A stretch of 37,561 bases of DNA, taken from the NCBI RefSeq assembly GCF_001194135.2, contig NC_068995.1:2365777-2403337 (forward strand). The letters run 5' to 3'. A program made the translations under genes and the position numbers. Position 1 is the stretch's first letter; each line of letters starts with the position of its first letter. The notes below the pieces were generated by a model, which was not told the DNA's origin, did no database searches, and was given only the letters and a program-made list of their open reading frames with translations. This document shows, piece after piece, positions 11,660-22,414 of the stretch. The stretch is from Octopus bimaculoides (Eukaryota).

Positions 11660-12135
11660 ATGATATTGTGACTTTATTCACCCACTTCGAATCTTTGGCA
11701 CATTACCACGGGTAACTTAGAGATGAAACTAAAATGAAACGAACTCGTAACATCATTTATGAATCATGGAAAATCCAACATAATTCTCGATAGGGTTCCC
11801 TAACTATAGAAAATCGTGACTTGATTCACCCACGCCGTGCGTGCAGCGCTTTCTTTCTCCCGCGAAAGATTTCAAAGTTAAAACAAAGTTTGTGTTAAAA
11901 AGAAATCGCAATCTCATTTTGAATCAGCGAAATCCTGATCTATTTTCCACAATGTGACTTGAAAGATCGGTTTCCCTGCGTAGGTGGAAAACCGTGACTT
12001 AGTTCACCCACGTCGAACATGCAACAGTTGACCGCAAAGGATTTAAAAGTTAAACGAAGGCTGGTTTATATTTTAGGTTAAGAAATCGCAATGTCATTCT
12101 GAATCAGTGAAGTGACAATCTATTTTCTCCATGGG
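11660..12135. repeat. Diverged tandem array, three units of about 150-180 bp
   Basis: GTGACTT-NN-TTCACCCAC at 11668, 11816 and 11994. AAGAAATCGCAAT(C/G)TCATT(T/C)TGAATCAG in units 2 and 3, with a weaker match in unit 1. Confidence 0.85.
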
Positions 12136-12321
12136 GCAACCTGGATGGCGAGACAAGGTAAAAAATAAACACAAAAATAAACCTCATTCAACCACAATGA
12201 AATTCCAGAATCTTTCTCTCGCTACGGGTGACCTCATTCAACCATAACTATGGTGTCCATTTGAGTGCAATGTGCAGTTGCGGGGCGAGGATTAATCTTG
12301 GTTTCTCTGTTTGTTTGTGTC

Positions 12322-12343
12322 TCTCTCTTTCTCTCACCCTCTC

Positions 12344-12425
<82 letters not shown>

Positions 12426-12440
12426 TCTTTCTCTCTTCCT
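12322..12440. repeat. (CT)n microsatellite
   Basis: Direct inspection. Confidence 0.95.
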
Positions 12441-13067
12441 CTCCTTTTTAACCCAGTCAATGAGTTCGATTTAGAAAAAGGGGCCAAAGAAAGGGAGACG
12501 GGTTACAAGTCTATAATCTAACACCGTGACCTGTTTTAAGTACTGCCGCATGTAAACACCTTATCTAGATATGGCCGACAACGCATTAGCGACGTTTAGT
12601 CACATTTTTCATTTAGAAAACATATCTAGTCGTATGTTTCTTAAGATGTTAATACATGATAAATATATCCACCCCTACCTCCACCTTTTTATACTCTCTG
12701 TTCCTTGTCGACCAGTCACTTGGTTGTACAACGACCATTGATCCAGGCCCTACCACCACCACCACCACCACCGCCACCGCCGCCGCCGCCACCAGCAACA
12801 CTCATTATTGTCTGTAGGGCACTCCACCAATCTCATGGCCGTATTTAACTACTGCCAATCCCGTTAATGTCTTTATTTACATTAAGACGTACAATGAAAA
12901 TCCATTAAGCTACACAATCTCTGAATAGAACGATTAAAACAAAACAACGCAACACAAGTAGTTGTTTGAATTGAGATACTTGGATCGAATCTGCTACCCA
13001 GACTATACCTGACAGACAGGAGCTTATCCATTAGGGGTGTCCGCAAATCAATGCATCTTTTTTCTTA

Positions 13068-13338
13068 TCTTTTACTTGTTCCAGTCACTGGACTGCGGCC
13101 CTTCTGGGGCACCGCTTGAACGGCTTCAAGTCGAACAAATCGATCCTGGGTCTTAATATTTTGTAAAATCTGGCACATAGTCTATCGGACTGTTTCTCTG
13201 AGCCGCAAAGTTACGACGACATAAACAAACCAACATCAGTCGTCAAGCGATAGTGGGGCGGAACAAACACGCGCGCGCGCACACTATATACATACATAAA
13301 TGCAACGGGCTTCCACACAGTTTCTGTCTACCAAATTC
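13068..13338 (-). mobile_element. SINE family 2, 3' part
   Basis: CTTTTACTTGTTCCAGTCACTGGACTGCGGCC...AAGTTACGACGACATAAACAAACC...GGGCTTCCACACAGTTTCTGTCTACCAAATTCC; the latter part is the reverse complement of the 9690-10010 body and tail. Confidence 0.85.
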
Positions 13339-13635
13339 CTAATTTGAGGGATCGATGAAATGGTTGGAGGCATTACCAACAAGATGGCTGGGATGATGAG
13401 AAAGCGCGACACCAAGGAGGTTATACGAAGGAAACTGGGGAGAAGCGTCAGTGAGAGAAAATTAGACGAAGTGAGAGAATAAATGACTGCGAGGAAGGAC
13501 AGAGAGAAAGGGTGTGGAAGAGAGGGACAAGGGATCTAAGAAGCACAACTATAGATAAGGATAGGATGTTAGGTTAAGGGAAGACGAAGAAGGGGAGAGT
13601 ATATGAGCCAAAACAAAGCGACTGAAACGTGTATA

Positions 13636-13698
<63 letters not shown>

Positions 13699-13719
13699 CT
13701 TCAAAAAAAGGAAAAAGAC

Positions 13720-13895
13720 AAAAATTAATAACAACAACGTGAGGACGTGATACGGATAGTGTTACTAGACGCTCGGGAAAGGAAAGAGAGAGAGTATGAC
13801 GTTTCGAGCGGAGCTCTTCGTCGGAAACAAGGAAAGTCCAAAGAAGGGAAAAACGGAGGAAGAAAAAATCGCCACCGATGTCCGCGAGGTTAATA
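13720..13895 (-). mobile_element. Penelope-like repeat fragment with hammerhead motif (copy 2)
   Basis: Reverse complement of 13794-13830 reads TTGTTT-CCGACGA-A-GAGC-TCC-GCTC-GAA-ACGT-C-ATAC. It shares the GGTGGCGATTT upstream flank with the other copies and the ACGTCCTCACGTTGTTG downstream flank with copy 3. Confidence 0.7.
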
Positions 13896-14110
13896 TATAT
13901 ATATACTAACGCGCACAGTGATTAAACTGTATTCCGAAATTCAAATTCCGATCTCAACATTAAAAGAAGAGAATTTTACGCAGCAAAAATATTAAAAAGC
14001 AGCGATTAGATTTCACTTGAAAATATTAAAGACCAACTGAAGATGGGCGGATCGGGTGACCTTTTTTGTTTTTTGTTGTTGTTGATTGAGATCCTAACTT
14101 CCTTTTGCAG

Positions 14111-14221
14111 GTCTCTCTTGTCAGCATCCATCAAAATACCTAACAAACGATACGCTGTTAATGTAAGGTGTTAACAACCGGTTCCCACGAACCGGCGCGA
14201 AACGATTTCAGCTTATAACCG
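14111..14221 (+). other. Candidate exon (coding status unknown)
   Basis: Acceptor CCTAACTTCCTTTTGCAG|G with a CTAAC branch motif (14094-14098). Donors AAT|GTAAGG (after 14162) or CCG|GTAAGA (after 14221). All three frames are closed in the long form; two are open in the 52-nt form. Confidence 0.3.
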
Positions 14222-14229
14222 GTAAGACT

Positions 14230-14510
14230 TACACGCACACACACACACACACACATACATACATACAGACACATGCACACACGCAAACACATACATACAC
14301 ATACATACAGACACATACACACACGCAAACACATACATACACACACATACACACATACACACACATACACGCACATATACACACATACACGCACATATAC
14401 ACACACATACACACACACACAAACACACACATACATACACACATACACACTCACAAACACAAACAGATACATACACACGCGCACACGCATACACACAGAT
14501 ACATACACAC
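14230..14510. repeat. Degenerate (CA)n/(CATA)n tract
   Basis: Direct inspection. Confidence 0.95.
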
Positions 14511-14814
14511 GTACTGTCTCATTTGCACTCACGCACAATTACAATTACACAAACGCACACACAGAAATACACTCAACCATTGTCACATAGTCACACTCAA
14601 TCACACATATAGCGGCTAACACACACACACAGCCACACACACACAGCCACACACACACACTGCCACACACACACACACACACGCGAAGTGACAGACACCG
14701 TTAAAACCTCCATTGCATCCCTCCCACCACACAAAAAAAACAAGGACAGGTTGTTGACTTAAATACATTTTCCCAGTTTATAAATATCACACTTCCATCA
14801 TCCATTCACTGGTT

Positions 14815-14991
14815 CAGCTGTTGCTGTTGTTGCTGTTGTTGCTGTTGTTGCTGTTGTTGTGATGGTGGATGCGGTGTTGGTGGTGGTGGTGATGGATTCT
14901 GATAGGAATGGGGGTGGAGGCGATGTTGTAGCGGGTGTTATTGTTGGTACTAGGATTGCTTTTGCTTGCTCAGATTATCATTGTTATTTAA

Positions 14992-15055
<64 letters not shown>

Positions 15056-15164
15056 GCTGTTGTTGTTGTTGTTGTTGTTCTCTCATCATGTTTTGTTATT
15101 TCTTCTTCCTTTCTTTAATTCCGTTTAATTTTTGTTCAGCTCATCTCTTTTTCCTGGTCATCAT

Positions 15165-15218
<54 letters not shown>

Positions 15219-15230
15219 CAGCAGCATCAT
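14815..15230. repeat. Trinucleotide tracts (GTT/GCT)n, (ATT)n, (CAT)n(CAG)n
   Basis: Direct inspection. Confidence 0.9.
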
Positions 15231-15395
15231 CACACGAAAACATACACACATCCATACGAAACGTTCTCTTTTTACCATTTTGATTTTGTCTTGAGTTCGT
15301 AAACGAACGAAATCGCTAATAAAGAATTATCCAAAATTCTGACCGCCTCCTATTTCTCAATATACAATATCTGTACACCACTTCAAACACTCTAA

Positions 15396-15495
<100 letters not shown>

Positions 15496-15844
15496 TCATA
15501 TGTATGTATATATATATCGGAGCTACCTATATTTATAACCTCCACGATATAATATATTAGTGTGTACACACACACGCACACACGCACACATAATCCACAG
15601 TTACATAGGAATGCTATCTCTCCCCCACCCCCATCATCACGTTTTCTACCCCAAACACATACCACCTCCCTCTTCTTTCTCTCCCTCTCTCACTTTCTCT
15701 CTTTCCTGCTGACCCCTTAATTCTCTCCCCCTCCTCCTCTCATTTACTCTCACTTTCGCTGCATCCTCCCCCCTCACCCCTTTATTCTAATTATATCTCA
15801 ATTCCGACGATAAATGCAGCTGTTATCTCTAATATTTCGTTATT

Positions 15845-15942
15845 ACCATCATGATGAATGTCGTCGACGTCGTTATCATCACCACCATCATCATCATCAT
15901 CATCACCACCATCATCATCCCCATATCATCCCCATCATCGCT

Positions 15943-15990
<48 letters not shown>

Positions 15991-16200
15991 TCCACCATCG
16001 CCATCATCATCGTCGTCGGCGACAGCGGCGTCATCACTACCTGACATAGTTGCTACCTTCATCGCCACCACCATAATACATTCACCACCCACACAAACCC
16101 TGTAGCCACCACCAATCCACCATCTCCCCATCATCGCCACCACTACAACCATTATCATGACTACCACTACCACCACCACCCACCATCCACCATCACTACT
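15845..16200. repeat. (CAT)n/(CAC)n tract
   Basis: Direct inspection. Confidence 0.92.
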
Positions 16201-16349
16201 AATAGTATCCCCCACACACACACACCCAGGCACTATTTGTATCTCTGTTGTCCTGACAATCTAAAGAATTACGCTGTTGCGTTTGTTTACCGTCTTTGAT
16301 CTGGTGCCATTGTTGAAATGGTTGGGAATCTAAATAATAAACCAATCGA

Positions 16350-16415
16350 AATCGGGACCGAACCCGAAACCACACAGTTGCAAAGCAAACTTCTTAACCA
16401 CACCGCCAGGCCATT
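16350..16415 (-). mobile_element. SINE family 2 head fragment
   Basis: GGGACCGAACCCGAAACCACACAGTTGCAAAGCAAACTTCTTAACCACAC is the reverse complement of the family 2 head. Confidence 0.7.
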
Positions 16416-17015
16416 ACCTAGACCAGAAACGATTACTATTTATGGCCAGGCACTCACCCTTCTCTTCCTAAATCCAAATTTTCTGGCCAATTGTTGATTT
16501 TTCACCCTCATTTCCTCTCCATTATGTCTCACAGGAGATTCTACAACAAGACACCATTCTCACCATTCTTCTTAAGAGCTCCAGTTTTAATAGTCATTTC
16601 TGTGTCTCTTTTTCCTTCCATTTTCTTCTTCTTATCTAAATATTTTCCTTCCCTCTTCTTTACTTCCCGTTTATTGTTTTCTTTTATTAAGACAAAATAT
16701 TTAGATTTTATTTCCAGTTTCCTTATTAAACTAATCAGTCTCCTCCGCTTGTTTTCATTTTCTAGACTCTCTGTTTGTTATTTTGTACTAATAATAATTC
16801 TTTCTATCTCTCTGTGCCATGCACCATCTTTCCGGGTAACCTAACTAAACGGATCTCCGTCGTATGCAATGAGGATTCAGTGGTTTGATCGAGTGAATTA
16901 CCTGCTCTTGAATCAACATGTTAGAAGCCGATTTTTCCATTGACGCATGTGTACCAGAATCAGTGTGACACGGGGCGTGTGATGTAAGGTTTGAATTTCA
17001 CGTACAATAAGCAAA

Positions 17016-17153
17016 GGCGTGGCTGTATACAAGAAGCTTGCTTCAAGATCGCATGGTTCTGGGTTCAGTCCCACTGCATGGGACCTTGAGCAAGAGTCTT
17101 CTTTATAGCCCCGGGTTGACCAAACACTTGTAGACGGAAGCTGAAAGACATCC

Positions 17154-17155
<2 letters not shown>
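17016..17155 (+). mobile_element. SINE family 2, 5' part
   Basis: GGCGTGGCTGTA...GGTTCAGTCCCACTGCATGGGACCTTGAGCAAG...TAGACGGAAGCTGAAAGA. Confidence 0.85.
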
Positions 17156-17203
<48 letters not shown>

Positions 17204-17258
17204 NNNNNNNNNNNNNNNNNNNNNNNNNNNNNNNNNNNNNNNNNNNNNNNNNNNNNNN

Positions 17259-17431
17259 GGGCTTCCACACATTTTCTGTCTTCCGTCTACCAAATTCCCT
17301 CACAAGACATTGGTTGGCCCCGGAGACACTTACCCAAGAAGACACTTACCCATGGTGCCACGCAATGGGACTGAACCGAGAATCACGTAACTACAAAACG
17401 ATCTTCTTACCGACACAGCCATGCCTACGCC
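17259..17431 (-). mobile_element. SINE family 2, 5' part, inverted relative to 17016-17155
   Basis: GGGCTTCC...TTCCGTCTACCAAATT...GGTGCCACGCAATGGGACTGAACC...CACAGCCATGCC. Internal 13-bp duplication AGACACTTACCCA (17324-17336, 17340-17352). Confidence 0.85.
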
Positions 17432-17801
17432 TACAACCAATGTATTTCTTCCTATTATTTTATTTCTCACATTTAACCAAATATTTAACATTAAACTGAT
17501 TTTGCTCAAATACTCGTCTCAAATTTTCTCCTTCATTTCTATATGCTGTATCTTATTATTAATTATACTTCCTCTTGATTATTTCTAGGGGAGGGTTTCA
17601 TTTTAATTCTCCAATTTCAGAATCTGAAATTAATGTCTTCAGTTTTTAATTAACTTCTCTCCTTTACTAAAATTAATTTGCCCCATTAATCTAAATCCCA
17701 TATTCATTTTCACATTAACAGCTGAAGTCATGGACTGTTTCACTGGTTTTTCTTTTCTTTCTTTCGCTGGATATCCTCAATAGTTTTAGATAATCCATAA
17801 A

Positions 17802-17945
17802 GGCGCAAGCACGACTGTGTGGTTAAGAAGCACGCTTTGCAGCCACGTGGTTTTGAGTTCAGTTCCACTTCGCGGCAGTTTGGCTTAGTATCTTCCACAA
17901 TAGCGTCGGGCTGGTCAATGCCTCGTGTGTGAATTGGGTAGTTGC
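17802..17945 (+). mobile_element. SINE family 2, 5' part
   Basis: GGCGCAAGCACGACTGTGTGGTTAAGAAGC...GAGTTCAGTTCCACTTCGCGGCAGTTTGG. Confidence 0.75.
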
Positions 17946-18041
17946 CACGTCTTAGCGCTCTCAATTCTCAGGTCTCCATATTTATCAACCATTTCTCTTT
18001 CTTTCGTGCTAATGTGCTGATCTCCTGGCACTGCCACATCG

Positions 18042-18042
<1 letters not shown>

Positions 18043-18100
<58 letters not shown>

Positions 18101-18410
18101 ACATGTAAAAAAAAGTGTTGAACCAGCAGATTTATTAGAGCATTGGACAAAAGCTTTGTGTTCTATTCGATCAAGTTTGTCTTTGGGCTAAACAACAACT
18201 GCAGCAGTTATTACAACAACAACAACGACGACAATAACAACAGCAATAACAAACAACAAAAACAACCATAATTCCAACAATGTGAACAACAGCAATTGTT
18301 ATAACAAAGACAAAAGAACAACGACAACAACATCAGCAACAATTATAAAAAGAAGCATAACACAAACATAACAGCAACAACCGAAGTAACAACAAACCTA
18401 CACGAAGAGA

Positions 18411-18455
<45 letters not shown>

Positions 18456-18456
18456 C
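18043..18456. repeat. (ATT)n followed by degenerate (AAC)n tract
   Basis: Direct inspection. Confidence 0.92.
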
Positions 18457-18592
18457 TGCGGTATTACTCGTTACGTAGCAAGACGTAAAATGGCGGCGNN
18501 NNNNNNNNNNNNNNNNNNNNNNNNNNNNNNNNNNNNNNNNNNNNNNNNNNNNNNNNNNNNNNNNNNNNNNNNNNNNNNNNNNNNNNNNNNNN

Positions 18593-18651
<59 letters not shown>

Positions 18652-18941
18652 TTAGTATGCGTATTTGCGTGTGTATATGTGTACGAAAAAGAAAGCGTTT
18701 GAGCAGTTTAAATATGTGAGAGTTTGTGTATGTGTGTGTGTGTGTGTATGCTCGGATACGTTTATGTGAATGTGTGTATACGCTTGCGTACATGTATGTG
18801 TGTTCGTATATGTTTACATGTGTGCGTAAGTGTACATTTATGTGCATGGTCATGTGTGCGCATATAGACGTGTATGTATGTGTATGCCCCTTTCTGCATG
18901 AGTGTGTGTTCCAATATATTACAGCGTATGTATATGCATTC

Positions 18942-18984
<43 letters not shown>

Positions 18985-19194
18985 CGTGTGTGTGCATTTG
19001 AGGTTAAGACGGAGTTTGTATATGGCGATATATCCTAATAGACTGATTGATATATAACATCTGGCAGTGATATCGCTGTAACAATGTGTTTAAGGTCACA
19101 GGCGACAGAGATGTCGCTCTAATATCACTCTATTCAGTGTATGTGATATCACGTCTGACAGATGTAATTTTACTTCAAATGGTGATATAATTAC

Positions 19195-19361
19195 AATGGT
19201 TTCAAATTTTTGTCACATGTGACTGGTACTTATTTTATCGACCTCGAAAGGATGAAAGGCAAAGTCGACCTCGGCGGAATTTGAACTCAGAGCGTAAAGA
19301 ACGGGAACGAATGTCGCTAAGCCTTTTCCCCGACGCTGAACCAATTGTACCAGCTCGCTGG
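19195..19361 (-). mobile_element. SINE family 1 copy
   Basis: TACTTATTTTATCGACCTCGAAAGGATGAAAGGCAAAGTCGACCTCGGCGGAATTTGAACTCAGA...CCAGCTCGC. Confidence 0.9.
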
Positions 19362-19559
19362 CATAACTAATGATATAATATTACATTAACGGTTTATATC
19401 GCTGGAATTTATGTGATATCTCCTCTGACAGTTTATATATCACTCAAATTTATCAACTATGTAATATAGTTATGGCGGTAAGTCTTTGTTTGTTAATGTG
19501 TTATTAATTACTGTTTAAACTTAAGAACGGCAATTCGTAGCGAGCAATGAACAGCGAAT

Positions 19560-20451
19560 TCTCTGCCGATCTTTTCGATACCACTGAACAAGTGTTCGAG
19601 TTTGCTTGTTGTCTTTGTGTCTTAAGACATGTCTGACCCAGCGGAACTTGAGCTTTCGTTATTCCTCGATCACATCGATCATTCTACTCCATTATCCTTT
19701 CGTATTCTTCGTTCATACTCCTGGTGCGGATCTTTCCGTGGTCCTCAGTGTTGTGGTCAGTTGTTGTTCTTTCTTCTTCGTACTAGTCCACGTCTCACTT
19801 CCGTAAGAGAGCACAGGTAGGGCGGTGCCATTGAAGAGACGGGATACAAAACTTCGTCTAGCTGTACTTTCAGTACCTCTTTAACACTTTACCAACCGTG
19901 GCAGTCACCTGTGATACCCATGCTATAAATCAATGTGGTAGCCTATATAATGAACTAGAACAACACATAATTTGTAACAAAACTAGACCGTTGGTGCAAA
20001 AGAAAATATGGCGCAAAATGGAGTTGGTAGTCGTAATGTTAATCGAGGCAAATGCCTTCCATCCAGCTTTTATTCTTCACGAGATTTGAGCGTCCATGTC
20101 TCGGCAAATATTTAATGTATGTCCCAAGTAAACGTATTCCTTCACCCTTTCGATTTCATTACTTCCCACCCACCACTTTTCGGCCTTGTGCTGCGTTTTC
20201 GGTCCGTAATTTGTTTTAATGTACCGTTTATTGTAAAGCGTAAATGTTGGGCTCTGGATGTCCATCTCTGTTAGCATGGTCTGCTGTTGAGAACATTGTA
20301 CTCGCCACGTAAAACTCGGATCAACAGCAGACCATGTTAACATTCAATCGGAATTTAGTAGCTCGACGTTGATGTTGCCACCACCATTTCAGTTAACGTC
20401 TCCGACGCCCATTTCCAGAGGTGAGATGACGAGCTTTGGAGAGATGGTATC
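19560..20451 (-). mobile_element. Degenerate RTE-clade non-LTR retrotransposon fragment (3' half of reverse transcriptase), with stops and frameshifts
   Basis: Minus-strand translation gives, in order, DTISPKL (20434-20451), QQTMLTEMD, ERVKEYVYLGHTLN (about 20123-20150), IS*RIKAGWKAFASI, KEVLKVQLD, RLFNGTALPVLSYGSETW (about 19788-19842), E*RKLKFRWVRHVLRHKDNKQTRTLVQWYRKDR. Motif order matches the RTE RT C-terminus as recalled (GDTISPKLF ... EYVYLG ... LYGSETW ... KFRWAGHV). Confidence 0.88.
19885..20038. mobile_element. piggyBac-like non-autonomous element (MITE) nested in the RTE fragment
   Basis: TTAA at 19881-19884 and 20039-20042. Imperfect TIRs: CACTTTTACCAAC and the reverse complement of the right end, CATTACGACTACCAAC. 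Removing the insert plus one TTAA joins ...WKAFASI to KEVLKVQLD in frame. Confidence 0.75.
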
Positions 20452-21051
20452 CAGTGCCGTTTTAAGGCATTGACACACTGCGTGGCTGTCCGGGTGCCTC
20501 ACGGGTCCAGGACCCCAGCTATGATTCAATATACGATGTGAATTGCTGTCAATACGTAGACATTATAGGGCCTAGTGCACTGATTTGCCCGGAAGCCTAT
20601 AATGTTGCTAAGAGTGCTGTGTCGGTGCCTCCTTGTTTGACAGCCTCTCCGACAGGAACTCTTACGGGTGGTGACAATGTCTGTGGTACATCCTGAATCT
20701 CTATCTAAAGAGACGTTTGATATATTGACCCTCGATCAATTGCATGGTCACAACACAAAGTAAGATAAACAGATGGTGTTAGTACACGATCAAATGGTCC
20801 GAAAAATGGGAAGAGTGAAGTGAATTAACGTTTCGGATTGTTGCCCTTCTTTGAAATAGGATGTAGAGTGAACAGAGGGGAGAAACTACGTGGAAAACGA
20901 GGCGGTGGGGGTGAAAAGAACAATTGAACAGAAATTTCTGCTGGGAATTGTCTACACGGTAACCGGTACACGCTCAAGAAAACGCGTGCACTCGTGTGTG
21001 TGTGTGTGAGTATACGTGTGTGTGTATGTATGTATATTATATTATATTATT

Positions 21052-21482
21052 AAGGCGGCGAGCTGGCAGAAACGTTAGCACGCCGGGCGAAATACATATC
21101 GGTATTTCGTCTGTCTTTACGTTCTGAGTTCAAATTCCGCCGAAGTCGTCTTTGCCTTTCATCATAAATTAAGTACTGGGGTCGATCTAATCGACTGCCC
21201 CCCCCCCCACCAACTCCCCCAAAAATCTCGGGCCTTGTGCCTAGAGTAGAAAATATCATATTACAATGGTGACCTAGCAGAATCGTTAGCATGTCGGACA
21301 AAACAATCAGTAACATTTCTTCTGGTTCTTTACGATCTGAGTTCAAACCCCACTGAGGTCATCATTGTCTTTCATCTTCTCGGGGACGATAAAATAAAGT
21401 ACGAGTCTGGTATAGGGGTCGATGTAATCTATTTGCTCCCTCCCCTCAAAATTGTTGGCTTTGTACCACAATTACAAAGAAT
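21052..21482 (+). mobile_element. Two SINE family 1 copies in direct tandem (21052-21255 and 21268-21482)
   Basis: Each has the GGCAGAA(A/T)CGTTAGCA-type head, TCTGAGTTCAAA B-box-like motif, CTTTCATC, and a GGGGTCGAT...CCCC...TTGTGCC/TTGTACC-type tail. Confidence 0.88.
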
Positions 21483-21500
21483 TGTATGTTCGTATGTATT

Positions 21501-21531
<31 letters not shown>

Positions 21532-22367
21532 ATATCATTATGGTGGATGTGAGGTAGTTTTTGCTAATGAAACTACACACACAAACATACATAAACACAC
21601 ACATACACACATACATGTGCATACACCGAATCAACAAGAAAAACAACATAAAAACACCTAGAAAAACATTATTATATCTAAGCTATCAGATTAAACAACG
21701 TCTAAAAACAACATCTTTTGATATTTGGTGTATGTTTGAGCCCTGGTATTTGGGTACAAATACCCCGATTGTTGGGTGGGATGGAATATTTGACGGGTGG
21801 TGTATGGAGTGGGGTACTCCGCCATGGCAAACGTACAGGTACATAGCAGGTGGATAATTGATAGATTGCACCAGAATAATGCAGTTTTAGCGAAGGAGGT
21901 TTGAATGTTCTGTAACACTCTATATACGCTGCATATTTGGGGACGCGTGTGCGTGCTTTGGGGCATGCGTGTCGCAGTACGTGCGTGACTGTGTGTGTGT
22001 GCGCGTGTTTGCGCGTGTGTGTTGTGTTTATTTATACGTATTTACTCATACATGTGGCTTAACACAATTCAAGAGATTGTTTAATTCAGACTCCTTTATA
22101 TATATATATATATATATGGATATATATATATATATGTGTGTGTGTATGTGTATGTGTGTGTGTCTGAGTATATGGTATGTTTATATACGCATATATGTAT
22201 ACACACAAACACATAGAAACATACACACACATATACATACATGCATATATGCAAACACACACACACACACACACATATGCATATCGTAACAAAGATGGTT
22301 ATCTCTGTCTCGCTCTCAGATTTACTGATTTGCACTGGATGGTCATTGTGGAATTGGTAAAATGTCT

Positions 22368-22414
<47 letters not shown>

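Noticed and set aside
11990-12003. snRNA proximal sequence element (ACCGTGACTT)
   Set aside because: Partial match only, part of a tandem unit, and no snRNA is recognisable downstream.
13345-13485. LINE C-terminal remnant (RDTKEVIRRKLG)
   Set aside because: Similarity is too short to support.
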